This document shows positions 26,277 through 40,285 of a stretch of 64,000 nucleotides of DNA, piece by piece. Origin of the DNA: Eledone cirrhosa (Eukaryota); NCBI GenBank assembly GCA_964016885.1, contig OZ024761.1:6262001-6326000 (forward strand), written 5' to 3'. The number at the start of each line of letters is the position of its first letter. Position 1 is the stretch's first letter. The notes beneath the pieces were generated by a model that saw only the letters and a list, made by a program, of their open reading frames with translations, did no database searches and was not told the DNA's origin. The position numbers were made by a program, and so were the translations under genes.

Positions 26277-28405
26277 AACAAGCAGTACTCCTCCCAAGAA
26301 GAGGCGAGAATGCCCTAGACCTCTGCTTTACAAACAATGCAGTGCTCATCCACAATGTAAAGGTGACACCAACAATTTTCTCGGATTATTACTTAGTAGA
26401 ACTAATGATATGTGGTCCGAGAAAACCAACAGAGACACGACCACCAAGAAGCACCGTGACCTTATCCAGCCTTAACTTCTATAAGGCTAACTGGAAAAAG
26501 ATCAAAAGAGAAATCCGGAAGCAAATATGGAGCGACACCATCGCCACACAAGTCACCAACACACATTTTCAACACTTCATGACAACGAAACAAACTATAT
26601 GCCAAAAGTTTGTCCCGGAGAAAAAGGTCAATAGACACAAAAATCTTATTCCCAGAGATAGGAAAATCCTTATGAGACGAAGAACTAAGCTCTCAAACCA
26701 GTTGAATGCACAAGAAGAAAACAAAAACAAGAAGGAATCCTATTGGAAACGTGCACTACTTGACACCGAGATTGCACTCAAACTTTCCCATGAAAATGAG
26801 AGGGCAAAGAAAGAAAGCAGGGCCATAGAAAATATTAAAATAAACCCCAAGGCCTTCTTTAAATTTGCAAAAAGACTGCCTCGGTACACTGCAAGATTGG
26901 GCCACTCTTCCATAAAGACGGTTCATTAACCGAGAATCCCCAAGTGATAAGTGAAATACTGAACGAACAGTACAAAAGTGTGTTCACATGTCCACTGAGA
27001 CACATGCAAATAACAAAGCCAGAGGATTTCTTTGATGCCACAACACTTCATGAAGAAATGGCGAACATCAACCACATAGACATAACGGAGGAGGATGTGG
27101 TATATGCCATAGATGAAATTAGAACAGACTCAGCTGCTGGACCTGATGGATTCCCAGCAGCCCTCTTAAAATATGTAAGCGGGCCTTAGAAACTCCACTG
27201 ACGACGCTCTTTAGAAGCTCCTTGGCTAGCGCTAGACTACCCGGCGAGCTGAAAGAAGGCACAATATGCCCTATCCATAAAGGAGGTAGCAGAGCAGAGG
27301 CCAAAAACTTTAGGCCAGTCTCCCTGACGTCACATATATGTAAGGCCATGGTGCGAATCATCAGAAAGAAACTGATCACTTTCCTCGAGGAAAATGACTG
27401 CCTGACTAGCACGCAGCATGGCTTTCGCCCAGGAAGAAGCTGCCTTACACAGCTGCTGCATCACTACGATTGGGTACTGAAACAACTGTTAGACAGCTCA
27501 CATGTGAACGTGATATATCTTGACTTTGTGAAGGCCTTTGACAAGGTCGACCAGGGAATGATATGTCACAAACTACACAGAGTCGGCATATCTGGAAAAA
27601 TAGGTGAGTGGCTGCATGACTTCTTAAAGGACAGAAGCCAGACAGTCGTAGCAAACGGGGCCCTCTCAAAGGAAACATCAATAACAAGTGGTGTGCCCCA
27701 AGGCACAGTCCTGGGACCACTATTGTTTTTGGTGGCTCTCTCAGACATGCCTTCTGTAGTACATACAACATCCCTCACTAGCTATGCTAATGACACTAAG
27801 GTAGCACAGGCAATCAAAAACCTGACTGACGCTGCCCTTTTACAAGATCTGGATGCCATATACAAATGGGCGGAAGACAACAACATGCAGTTTAATGCGG
27901 GCAAATTCCAAGCCCTACAATACAAACCTGCAAACACAAATACAGTACAACCCAGTTACGCCGGACCAGGAGGGACCGATATTTCCGCGTCGAAATCGGT
28001 ACGGACCTGGGTATAGACATGAGCAACGATGTATCTTCTTCCTCACACATCATGAAAGTGGCGACAATGTGCAGACCACTCGCTGGCTGGATCTTGAGGA
28101 CTTTCCGGACAAGAGACCGAGACGCCATGTTGACACTATGGAGGACATTTGCCCTAAGCCGCCTGGACTATTGCTCCCAGTTGTGGTCACCCAATAGTGT
28201 CAAACTAACCACGGAGCTTGAGGCAATCCAGTGAAGCTACACCAAGAGGATTACCACGATGAAGGAGATAAGCTACTGGGAGAGACTAAAAGAACTGAAC
28301 CTCTACTCCTTGGAACGAAGACGGGAGAGATACACAGTGATCTACATGTGGAAAATCTTGGAGGGACTAGCACCTAACTTTGGCATTGGGAGCTGGACCA
28401 GTTCC
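26277..28405 (+). pseudogene. CR1/L2-like LINE ORF2 fragment (AP-endonuclease end + RT)
   Basis: ALDLCFTN..FSDY; SAAGPDGFPA; PIHKGGSRAEAKNFRPVSLTS; QHGFRPGRSCLTQLL; YLDFVKAFDKVD; GVPQGTVLGPLLF; YAND (degenerate YADD); LDYCSQLWSP; several frameshifts. Confidence 0.9.
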
Positions 28406-28419
28406 CATTAAAATATCCA

Positions 28420-28858
28420 ATGCCTCTCAGACCAAAAATGAAATCAAAATATAGGAGAGATAATGAAAAGCGAAGACAAATTCATTTACGAAACAATAAT
28501 ACAAATAAATATTGTTGATTGTATTGGTCAGGTGAAAAAATGTTTGTCAGAGAAGTTGAGTGTTGCTATAAGGAGAAACATAGATCCCCCATTAGGGTGT
28601 CTTAATGTAATTAAAATTTGCTGAAATTTTGTGAATAGGCATCATATCTTGTCATTTACCTATGGCTTAAATTTCATATAAATCGAAGGGGAAAATGTTC
28701 AGCGTGGGTTTGAGGCCCCGGGGAACCCTTTGATTAAAATAAAATGTACGTAAGAAATCGAATGGGCATGAGCCCCACACACGTGTGACGTTTCATCAAG
28801 ATTGGTTTGGTAGTTTTTGAGTTTTAGGTTCACAAACAAACAGACAGAAATTGCCATT

Positions 28859-28862
<4 letters not shown>
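28420..28862 (+). mobile_element. Possible non-autonomous Helitron-like end fragment
   Basis: 'tttcatcaagattggtttggtagtttttgagtttt..acaaacaaacagacag..tttatgtata' resembles termini of such elements; resemblance only. Confidence 0.3.
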
Positions 28863-28903
<41 letters not shown>

Positions 28904-28906
<3 letters not shown>

Positions 28907-31900
28907 ACAGTCTAAGGATTTACAGAAACCCATGAAGCTAGATTTAACACCTTTCTAGTGGGTCCGGGTATGATTTTACATTCATTTAAATTATTGACGT
29001 ATTGTTTTATTGATATTTTTTATCTGTTTGGCCCGAATCTTCCTTTATCGATTTTAAATCGTATGGTTGATTGTAGACTTGTTCTATATGTGACGGTATT
29101 TTAACGATAGTTATAGCTCTGATTCATCTGAATTATTGAGCCCTCTGCCGCTCATATCGAATTTCGTTTATCGTGAACTCGTGCGCCGATTTTTCGATAC
29201 TCGATCTTTCTAATATATTTAGCTCTGGACATAGCTATCCACCAGTTAATTTTATTGCTCATTTTTTGTCGATTCTATTGAGTGATGAATAGCTTTTGTT
29301 TTATTTTAACATGTCTATTGAGCACTCTAATTCGATATGTGTATTTCCACATTCACTCGAATTGTTTTCGCGGATATAGGGGTCATCTCCCTTGTCTAAT
29401 GCCATGTGCGTTTTTCACCGCTAGTTGACTCCTCTGCCGCCAGGAAAAAACTCGTTGATAACGTAAACTCCGTTCCACTTACTCTAGTAGGCTTTTATAT
29501 TTATATGTGAGCTGATAGAGTACAGTCTAAGGATTTACAGAAACCCATGAAGCTAGATTTAACACCTTTCTAGTGGGTCCGGGTATGATTTTACATTCAT
29601 TTAAATTATTGACGTATTGTTTTATTGATATTTTTTATCTGTTTGGCCCGAATCTTCCTTTATCGATTTTAAATCGTATGGTTGATTGTAGACTTGTTCT
29701 ATATGTGACGGTATTTTAACGATAGTTATAGCTCTGATTCATCTGAATTATTGAGCCCTCTGCCGCTCATATCGAATTTCGTTTATCGTGAACTCGTGCG
29801 CCGATTTTTCGATACTCGATCTTTCTAATATATTTAGCTCTGGACATAGCTATCCACCAGTTAATTTTATTGCTCATTTTTTGTCGATTCTATTGAGTGA
29901 TGAATAGCTTTTGTTTTATTTTAACATGTCTATTGAGCACTCTAATTCGATATGTGTATTTCCACATTCACTCGAATTGTTTTCGCGGATATAGGGGTCA
30001 TCTCCCTTGTCTAATGCCATGTGCGTTTTTCACCGCTAGTTGACTCCTCTGCCGCCAGGAAAAAACTCGTTGATAACGTAAACTCCGTTCCACTTACTCT
30101 AGTAGGCTTTTATATTTATATGTGAGCTGATAGAGTACAGTCTAAGGATTTACAGAAACCCATGAAGCTAGATTTAACACCTTTCTAGTGGGTCCGGGTA
30201 TGATTTTACATTCATTTAAATTATTGACGTATTGTTTTATTGATATTTTTTATCTGTTTGGCCCGAATCTTCCTTTATCGATTTTAAATCGTATGGTTGA
30301 TTGTAGACTTGTTCTATATGTGACGGTATTTTAACGATAGTTATAGCTCTGATTCATCTGAATTATTGAGCCCTCTGCCGCTCATATCGAATTTCGTTTA
30401 TCGTGAACTCGTGCGCCGATTTTTCGATACTCGATCTTTCTAATATATTTAGCTCTGGACATAGCTATCCACCAGTTAATTTTATTGCTCATTTTTTGTC
30501 GATTCTATTGAGTGATGAATAGCTTTTGTTTTATTTTAACATGTCTATTGAGCACTCTAATTCGATATGTGTATTTCCACATTCACTCGAATTGTTTTCG
30601 CGGATATAGGGGTCATCTCCCTTGTCTAATGCCATGTGCGTTTTTCACCGCTAGTTGACTCCTCTGCCGCCAGGAAAAAACTCGTTGATAACGTAAACTC
30701 CGTTCCACTTACTCTAGTAGGCTTTTATATTTATATGTGAGCTGATAGAGTACAGTCTAAGGATTTACAGAAACCCATGAAGCTAGATTTAACACCTTTC
30801 TAGTGGGTCCGGGTATGATTTTACATTCATTTAAATTATTGACGTATTGTTTTATTGATATTTTTTATCTGTTTGGCCCGAATCTTCCTTTATAGATTTT
30901 AAATCGTATGGTTGATTGTAGACTTGTTCTATATGTGACGGCATTTTAACGATAGTTATAGCTCTGATTCATCTGAATTATTGAGCCCTCTGCCGCTCAT
31001 ATCGAATTTCGTTTATCGTGAACTCGTGCGCCGATTTTTCGATACTCGATCTTTCTAATATATTTAGCTCTGGACATAGCTATCCACCAGTTAATTTTAT
31101 TGCTCATTTTTTGTCGATTCTATTGAGTGATGAATAGCTTTTGTTTTATTTTAACATGTCTATTGAGCACTCTAATTCGATATGTGTATTTCCACATTCA
31201 CTCGAATTGTTTTCGCGGATATAGGGGTCATCTCCCTTGTCTAATGCCATGTGCGTTTTTCACCGCTAGTTGACTCCTCTGCCGCCAGGAAAAAACTCGT
31301 TGATAACGTAAACTCCGTTCCACTTACTCTAGTAGGCTTTTATATTTATATGTGAGCTGATAGAGTACAGTCTAAGGATTTACAGAAACCCATGAAGCTA
31401 GATTTAACACCTTTCTAGTGGGTCCGGGTATGATTTTACATTCATTTAAATTATTGACGTATTGTTTTATTGATATTTTTTATCTGTTTGGCCCGAATCT
31501 TCCTTTATCGATTTTAAATCGTATGGTTGATTGTAGACTTGTTCTATATGTGACGGTATTTTAACGATAGTTATAGCTCTGATTCATCTGAATTATTGAG
31601 CCCTCTGCCGCTCATATCGAATTTCGTTTATCGTGAACTCGTGCGCCGATTTTTCGATACTCGATCTTTCTAATATATTTAGCTCTGGACATAGCTATCC
31701 ACCAGTTAATTTTATTGCTCATTTTTTGTCGATTCTATTGAGTGATGAATAGCTTTTGTTTTATTTTAACATGTCTATTGAGCACTCTAATTCGATATGT
31801 GTATTTCCACATTCACTCGAATTGTTTTCGCGGATATAGGGGTCATCTCCCTTGTCTAATGCCATGTGCGTTTTTCACCGCTAGTTGACTCCTCTGCCGC

Positions 31901-32281
31901 CAGGAAAAAACTCGTTGATAACGTAAACTCCGTTCCACTTACTCTAGTAGGCTTTTATATTTATATGTGAGCTGATAGAGTACAGTCTAAGGATTTACAG
32001 AAACCCATGAAGCTAGATTTAACACCTTTCTAGTGGGTCCGGGTATGATTTTACATTCATTTAAATTATTGACGTATTGTTTTATTGATATTTTTTATCT
32101 GTTTGGCCCGAATCTTCCTTTATCGATTTTAAATCGTATGGTTGATTGTAGACTTGTTCTATATGTGACGGTATTTTAACGATAGTTATAGCTCTGATTC
32201 ATCTGAATTATTGAGCCCTCTGCCGCTCATATCGAATTTCGTTTATCGTGAACTCGTGCGCCGATTTTTCGATACTCGATC

Positions 32282-32292
<11 letters not shown>
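28904..32292. repeat. Tandem array of a 615-bp unit, 5.5 near-identical copies, inside (TA)n
   Basis: 'gtacagtctaaggatttacag' at 28905, 29520, 30135, 30750, 31365, 31980; two substitutions seen in copy 4. Confidence 0.95.
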
Positions 32293-32323
<31 letters not shown>

Positions 32324-32529
32324 GAATAATCGAGAATCGGAATATCAGCCCACGAAATCTCGATAAACAATATCCGACATGTGTGGCAGAGGGCTCAATA
32401 ATTTGGATAAATCAGAGCTATAACTATCGTTAAAATACCAACACATAGAGATCATGCCTAAAATCACCCGTGCAGCCGAAAAAGAACGACCAGGAAGATT
32501 CGGGTCACTCAAATAAAATATCAATAAAT

Positions 32530-32561
<32 letters not shown>

Positions 32562-32872
32562 CTCATACAAATATATGTATGAATATACATATATTTAAAC
32601 ACACACACACTAACATATATATATGTGTGTGTGTGTGCTCGTGAGAGAGAGAGTTAGAAGGATTATCGAATCTTTTACGATAGAAAAATAGTCTAAATTA
32701 ATAGGGCATATATGTCCACTTCAGGGGAAACTGGACATTAGCACATGCACGACTGGAACTGACCCCTTCATGTTTGCTGTCTGAAGAGCTACCCTTGGTA
32801 AACCTATTTATCCGTACTGTTGCATATGATCTCTTCAGTGCTGCTTAATATACATTCTTCTTGTCATGTCCT

Positions 32873-35056
32873 CTAGAGTGTCAGTTACAAAGCTTGGATA
32901 GATGTGGTTCTGTCACAGCTGAACACATTGCTGTCCTTTTGTCCCCTAGAGTGTCAGTTACAAAGCTTGGCTAGATGTGGTTCCACCACAGCTGAACACA
33001 TTGCTGTCCTTTTGTCCCCAAGAGTGTCAGTTACAAAGCTTGGCTAGATGTGGTTCTGTCACAGCTGAACACATTGCTGTCCTTTTGTACCCTAGAGTGT
33101 CAGTTACAAAGCTTGGCTAGATGTGGTTCTACCACAGCTGAACACATTGCTGTCCTTTTGTCTCCTAGAGTGTCAGTTACAAAGCTTGGCTAGATGTGGT
33201 TCTACCACAGCTGAACTCATTGCTGTCCTTTTGTCCCCTAGAGTGTCAGTTACAAAGCTTGGCTAGATGTGGTTCTACCACAGCTGAACACATTGCTGTC
33301 CTTTTGTCCCCTAGAGTGTCAGTTACATAGCTTGGCTAGATGTGGTTCCACCACAGCTGAACACATTGCTGTCCTTTTGTCCCCTAGAGTGTCAGTTACA
33401 AAGCTTGGCTAGATGTGGTTCTACCACAGCTGAACACATTGCTGTCCTTTTGTCCCCTAGAGTGTCAGTTACAAAGCTTAGCTAGATGTGGTTCTGTCAC
33501 AGTTGAACACATTGCTGTCCTTTTGCCCCCTGGAGTGTCAGTTACAAAGCTTGGCTAGATGTGGTTCTGCCACAGCTGAACACATTTCTGTCCTTTTGTC
33601 TCCTAGAGTGTCAGTTACAAAGCTTGGCTAGATGTGGTTCTACCACAGCTGAACACATTGCTGTCCTTTTGTCCCCTAGAGTGTCAGTTACAAAGCTTGG
33701 CTAGATGTGGTTCTACCACAGCTGAACACATTGCTGTCCTTTTGTCCCCTAGAGTGTCAGTTACAAAGCTTGGCTAGATGTGGTTCTGCCACAGCTGAAC
33801 ACATTGCTGTCCTTTTGTCCCCCAGAGTGTCAGTTACAAAGCTTGGCTAGATGTGGTTCCACCACAGCTGAACACATTGCTGTCCTTTTGTCCCCTAGAG
33901 TGTCAGTTACAAAACTTGGCTAGATGTGGTTCTGTCACAGTTGAACACATTGCTGTCCTTTTGTCCACAAGAGTGTCAGTTACAAAGCTTGGCTAGATGT
34001 GGTTCTGTCACAGTTGAACACATTGCTGTCCTTTTGTCCACAAGAGTGTCAGTTACAAAGCTTGGCTAGATGTGGTTCCACCACAGCTGAACACATTGCT
34101 GCCCTTTTGTCCACTAGAGTGTCAGTTACAAAGCTTGGCTAGATGTGGTTCTGTCACAGCTGAACACATTGCTGTCCTTTTGCCCCCTAGAGTGTCAGTT
34201 ATAAAGCTTGGCTAGATGTGGTTCTACCACAGCTGAACACATTGCTGCCCTTTTGTCCACTAGAGTGTCAGTTAGAAAGCTTGGCGAGATGTGGTTCTAC
34301 CGCAGCTGAACACATTGCTGTCCTTTTGCCCCCTAGAGTGTCAGTTATAAAGCTTGGCTAGATGTGGTTCTACCACAGCTGAACACATTGCTGTCCTTTT
34401 GTCTCCTAGAGTGTCAGTTACAAAGCTTGGCGAGATGTGGTTCTACCGCAGCTGAACACATTGCTGCCCTTTTGTCCCCTAGAGTGTCAGTTAGAAAGCT
34501 TAGCTAGATGTGGTTCTGTCACAGTTGAACACATTGCTGTCCTTTTGTCCCCTGGAGTGTCAGTTACAGAGCTTGGCTAGATGTGGTTCCACCACAGCTG
34601 AACACATTGCTGTCCTTTTGCCCCCTAGAGTGTCAGTTACAAAGCTTGGCTAGATGTGGTTCTGCCACAGCTGAACACATTGCGGTCCTTTTGTCCCCTA
34701 GAGTGTCAGTTACAAAGCTTGGCTAGATGTGGTTCCATCACAGCTGAACACATTGCTGTCCTTTTGTCCCCTAGAGTGTCAGTTACAAAGCTTGGCTAGA
34801 TGTGGTTCCATCACAGCTGAACACATTGCTGTCCTTTTGTCCACTAGAGTGTCAGTTACAAAGCTTGGCTAGATGTGGTTCTGTCACAGCTGAACACATT
34901 GCTGTCCTTTTGTCCACTAGAGTGTCAGTTACATAGCTTGGCTAGATGTGGTTCCACCACAGCTGAACACATTGCTGTCCTTTTGTCCCCTAGAGTGTCA
35001 GTTACATAGCTTGGCTAGATGTGGTTCCACCACAGCTGAACACATTGCTGTCCTTT
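32873..35056. repeat. 73-bp minisatellite, ~30 copies
   Basis: Unit ctagagtgtcagttacaaagcttggctagatgtggttctaccacagctgaacacattgctgtccttttgtccc. Confidence 0.95.
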
Positions 35057-35269
35057 CTCATTAAACTCTGCCAAGTCCAATGTTGCGCAAGGGTGTTCCA
35101 GCAGGGGTCATATCAGGAGGTGCTGCGTAGTCTGTGGTTCAGTGCCACAGTCACACACAACGTCCCTATCCTTTAAATATCACTATTTTGCAAGAGTGAC
35201 TTTTGCATGTCCAACACCTGATCTTAGTCTGTTTAGACATTTCCACACTGCATAGTTTGTATCTGCTCC

Positions 35270-35615
35270 AGGGGTCAGTGTGTCGCTCATCTTTAGTTCC
35301 AGGGGGAAGTGTGTCGCTTATCTTTAGCTCCAGGGGGGGGGGAAGTGCCTCGCTCACATTTAGGTCCAGTGGGCAGTGCCTCGCTCACCTTTATCTCCAA
35401 GGGGCAGTGCTTCACTCAGCTTTAGCTCTAGTGGGCAGTGCCTCGCTCACATTTAGCTCCAGTGGACAGTGCTTCACTCGCCTTCAGCTCCAAGGGGTAG
35501 TGGCACACTTGCCTTTATCTCCAGGAGGCAGTGCTTCACCCACATTTAGCTCTAGTGGGCAGTTCCTCGCTCGCCTTTTGCTCCAGGAGGCAGTGCCTCG
35601 CTCGCCTTTATCTCC
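35270..35615. repeat. Imperfect ~30-bp tandem repeat
   Basis: gggcagtgcctcgctcacctttagctcca-like units. Confidence 0.8.
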
Positions 35616-35931
35616 ATTGATGTTACATGACACCATAATATCTCTGCTGACGTTTGTTCCACTGAAGGTATGCTGGGATAAACAGTATGTTGCTAAATAT
35701 TAAATCGATCATACGAAACTATATAAATAATTGTTTCTACTTTTGGCACAAGGCCAGCAAAATACACCAGTGCATTACTGGTACTTTATTTTATTTACCC
35801 TGTAAGGATGAAAGGCCAAGTTAACCTCGGCTGGATTTGAACTGAAAACGTAAAGGGTCGTAACTCTATGTTGCAAAGCATGGAATCTGACGCTCTACCG
35901 ATTAATCCCATTCCACGATATAAATAATGAG

Positions 35932-37046
35932 ATGGTATAGTATGGTGTGGTATGGTATGGTGTGGTGTGGTATAGTATGGTATGGTATGGTATGGTGTGG
36001 TGTGGTATAGTATGGTGTGGTATGGTATGGTGTGGTGTGGTATAGTATGGTATGGTATAGTATGGTATAGTATGGTATGGTATGGTATGCTGTGGTATGG
36101 TATAGTATGGTATGGTATGGTATGCTGTGGTATGGTATGGTGTGGTATAGTATGGTATTTTATGGTATGGTATGATATGCTGTGGTATGGTATGGTGTGG
36201 TATGGTATGGTGTGGTATGGTGTGGTATAGTATGGTATGTTATGGTATGGTATGGTATGCTGTGGTATGGTATGGTGTGTATAGTATGGCATTTTATGGT
36301 ATGGTATGGTATGATATGCTGTGGTATGGTATGGTGTGGTATAGTATGGTGTGGTATGGTGTGGTATAGTATGGTATGGTATGGTATGGTGTGGTGTGGT
36401 ATAGTATGGTATTTTATGGTATGGTATGGTATGATATGGTATGGTATGCTGTGGTATGGTATGGTATGCTGTGGTATGGTATGGTGTGGTATAGTATGGT
36501 ATGGTATAGTATGGTATTTTATGGTATGGTATAGTATGGTGTGGTATAGTATGGTATGGTATAGTATGGTATGGTATGGTATGCTGTGGTATGGTATGGT
36601 GTGGTATAGTATGGTATTTTATGGTATGGTATGGTATGGTATGCTGTGGTATGGTATGGTGTGGTATAGTATGGTAGTTTATGGTATGGTATGGTATGCT
36701 GTGGTATGGTATGGTATGGTATGGTATGGTATGATATGGTATAGTATGGTGTGGTATGGTATGGTATGGTATAGTATGGTATGGTATATTATGGTATGCT
36801 ATGGTATTTTATGGTATGGTATGGTATGGTATGGTATGTTATGGTGTGGTATAGTATGGTATGCTATGGTGTGGTATGGGTATGGTATAGTATGGTGTGG
36901 TATGGTATGGTGTGGTATAGTATGGTGTGGTATGGTATGGTATGGTATAGTATGGTGTGGTATGGTATAGTATGGTGTGGTATGGTATGGTGTGGTATAG
37001 TATGGTGTGGTATAGTATGGTATGGTATGCTATGGTGTGGTATGGT
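35932..37046. repeat. (TGGTA)n pentanucleotide satellite
   Basis: Directly visible with TGGTG/TAGTA variants. Confidence 0.97.
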
Positions 37047-37414
37047 CCCGTAACTCCTGATAAAGTGGTAGGAGCACCGTATTGACATACAGTGTTTCTT
37101 GGGTATTTTAGACCTGGCAGAGCCCTTCCCTCTCCAGGCCTCAGTACAGCAGATTTCTTCCAGAGAAAGATAGAAAGTGAGAGAGAGGAAATGAGAAAGA
37201 GACATAGAGGAAGAATCTACCCCAGTACTACACTGGTAATTTTTTCATCGACCTCGAAATGGTGAAAGGCAAAGTTGACCTCGGAAATAATGAGATACAA
37301 TATTGTGTGTGTGTGTGTTTAATGGGTGACGGAATACAAACGTTTTATTGTATTTTTTCTTCATCTTCTTTCCGTTCCTACCTCTTTATCTTTCTATATA
37401 ATCTTTTATTTCCA

Positions 37415-37450
37415 TCTTTTGATGAAGGACTAGTGTTCGAAACGTTAAGA
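37415..37450 (+). ncRNA. Degenerate minimal HHR family (also ~38290-38322 and 61381-61416)
   Basis: TCTT (C>T)TGATGA a GGAC tagt GTTC GAAA CG TT AAGA. Each copy has a different core mutation, so the consensus is canonical. Confidence 0.6.
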
Positions 37451-37577
37451 CTTTTTTTCCTGCTATTTCAAGCCTTAAACTTGAATATATTTCTTCAATA
37501 TACTGTGCCGTTTACTTTGTCATTTCTCATTACTTTAAACACATATATATTCTATATACACACCCTCTCTCTCTCTC

Positions 37578-37672
<95 letters not shown>

Positions 37673-38359
37673 ATTGTTTCTATTTTAGGCACAAGGCCAG
37701 CAATTACCCAGTACATTACTGGTACTTTATTTTATCGACCCCGTAAGGATGAAAGGCAAAGTTAACCTTGGCGGGATTTGAACTCAGAATGGCAAGGGCC
37801 GTAACTCTATGCATCAAAGCATGGCGTCCGACCCTCTACCAATACTGCCAATCCAATAAAATAATGGTAGTTAAGACGGGATAAAATCACCATAATGTTT
37901 TATTTCATGATATATATTTCAGTTACATGATTATTCATGTGACTTTGCCTACGCAATCATTGCTGCAGTTAAGCAATCATTGTGATATGCCATTGGCCAT
38001 GCACGTCCATCCAGTAGTGGATTGATTTGACATATGTATCTTCTGTTTGATAAGTTCTAGCAGTTTGAGTTTTCTGATTGGTTATTTTACTGTTTAAGGA
38101 TTGTCTAGTTTTTTACTAGTCTGTCGCTAATCTCAACATGTGATCCATGGGTTCTAGGACCAGCTTATCCTCGGGAACTTACAACGTAACAATTATAGAC
38201 AGCATTCTACTATATATATTTTATCTAAAGACATTTTTCCAACTCCATCCCGCCCGTCCCCACAATCTATTTTATTTCTCATTCTTTTTTTTTATGAAGG
38301 AGTAGCGTCCGAAACGTTAAGACCCTCTTCCTGCTATATCAAGCGTTAACCTAATATCT

Positions 38360-38713
38360 ATCTAGGGCGGGTAAAATTCCCGAGATCCATGGACGAGTTC
38401 TCTCCAGCGGTCTCTGTCCCTCATTATCGCTGCCATGTCCTGCATCTCCAACAGACCAGTGTCTGTCCTTAGGGCATCGACATACGTTAACCTTGGTCTT
38501 GCTCTTCTAGTGTGTCCATGTAGGGGCTCCCACAGGAACACTGAGTGCAGTGTCAACTCTGGATGTCGGTGAGCATGTCCAGCTAACCTCAGTCTCCTCT
38601 GTGTCACTTTTGAGCTGACCTTTGGGAGGCTCCCATACAGTTCTGAGTTCTTCATCCTCAGTGTATACTGATTAATGTTCAGAGCCATCCTCAGCAGTCT
38701 CGTGTAGCACCCA
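38360..38713 (-). mobile_element. RTE-type LINE 3' end
   Basis: GCYTRLLRMALNI..RDRDRWRELVHGSREFYPP*. Confidence 0.85.
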
Positions 38714-38802
38714 TATATATATATATATATATAGTGGTAGAACACTGGAAGGTAATATCCGTAGTGGTAGAGCACTCAGTCCATGGGACGAGTTAGGTAG
38801 AA

Positions 38803-38948
38803 GTGGTTACACAACAGTTAGTTCACCATACCGAGAACAATTGTTTCACCTTAGCGGATCCTCAGCTCGTAAAGGTCCATTACGAGCTGATGATCCGCTA
38901 AGGTGAAACAATTGTTCTCGGTAGGGTGAACTAACTGTTGTGTAACCA

Positions 38949-38950
<2 letters not shown>
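38803..38950. ncRNA. Inverted pair of hammerhead ribozymes (minus 38832-38869, plus 38883-38920)
   Basis: CGAG CTGATGA t CC gctaa GG t GAAA CAATTG TT CTCG; the other arm has CTGAGGA (change at the free N7 position); stem III palindrome ACAATTGT. Confidence 0.8.
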
Positions 38951-39022
<72 letters not shown>

Positions 39023-39380
39023 GGGTTCAATGCGGGGTAACCACAGTAAGGTACTCAATACATAGCAGAGTATACATATTTAATATAGAAATGGCTTCTA
39101 CAGGACTAGAACTGTTTCATTGTGGTGTGTGTTTAGTGTGGTGTGTGTGTATTGTAGAGTGATGTGTGTGTGTGTATGTAGTATATGTGTGTGTATATAG
39201 TATGATGTGTGTGTATGTAACATATGTTTGTCAGTTTCTCCCTCTACATAAATATACATTTATATATACAAACACAAACACACACACTTATATTTATGTA
39301 TATAGATGTGTGTATGTATGTATATATGTAAGTTTATATATATATATATATATGTATATTGATGTTTATATAGAGAGAAT

Positions 39381-39440
<60 letters not shown>

Positions 39441-39879
39441 TATATATATATGTGTGTGTGTGTGTGTCTGCGTGTGTATGTGTGTGTGTATATGTGTATG
39501 TGTGTTTGTGTGTGTGTATTAAAGACGAGATTGCTAAATAAACTTTAACAACATAAACTCGCACACACATTCATACATACACACACACATTCATACACGC
39601 ATGTGTGTATGTACGTGTGTATGTATGCATGTATACATACATACATACATACATACATACATACATACATACATACATACATACATACATACATACATAC
39701 ATACATACATACACACAAACACATAGCAATGCACCGTTATACACATGTACACAAGTTATCTGTTTAACCACAGAAAGGACCCTAATCTCTTCTAATTAAC
39801 ATTTTTGTATTACTTCCCTGGGGTGGGGGATTTTAAAGGGAGCGGCCTGGGGGGACATCAAATAAAGGTTCCATCGGTA

Positions 39880-40285
39880 GAACAACAACAACATTGATAC
39901 AATAAAAACAACAAAATCTGTAAAGAATACAACAACAATAACAACTAATAACAGCAGCAACAACTAACAACAACAGCAACAACAACAGCAACAACAATAA
40001 CAACAGTAACAACAGCAACAACTAACAACAACAGCAACAACAACAGCAACAACAACAGCAACAACAATAACAACAGTAACAACAGCAACAACTAACAACA
40101 ACAGCAACAACAACAGCAACAACAATAACAACAGTAACAACAGCAACAACTAACAACAACAGCAACAACAACAGCAACAACTAACAACAACAACCACAAC
40201 AACAGTAACAACAACAACAACAACAACACAGCAACAACAACAACAGCAACAGCAACAACAGCAACAGCAACAACAGCAACAACCA
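39880..40285. repeat. (AAC/AGC)n trinucleotide repeat
   Basis: Directly visible. Confidence 0.95.

Larger units (their letters stand above)
32856..35620 (-). mobile_element. 3' end of an RTE-X-like LINE with internally amplified segments
   Basis: Flanks match the reverse complement of the unamplified copy at 47130-47472. Confidence 0.75.

Noticed and set aside
29510-29556. HHR-like CTGATAGA...GAAAC in the 615-bp unit
   Set aside because: The core has an extra base and there is no NUH/stem III or convincing stem I.
32873-35056. CRISPR-like regular array (also 8706, 47806, 52971 arrays)
   Set aside because: No unique spacers, no cas genes, eukaryotic context.
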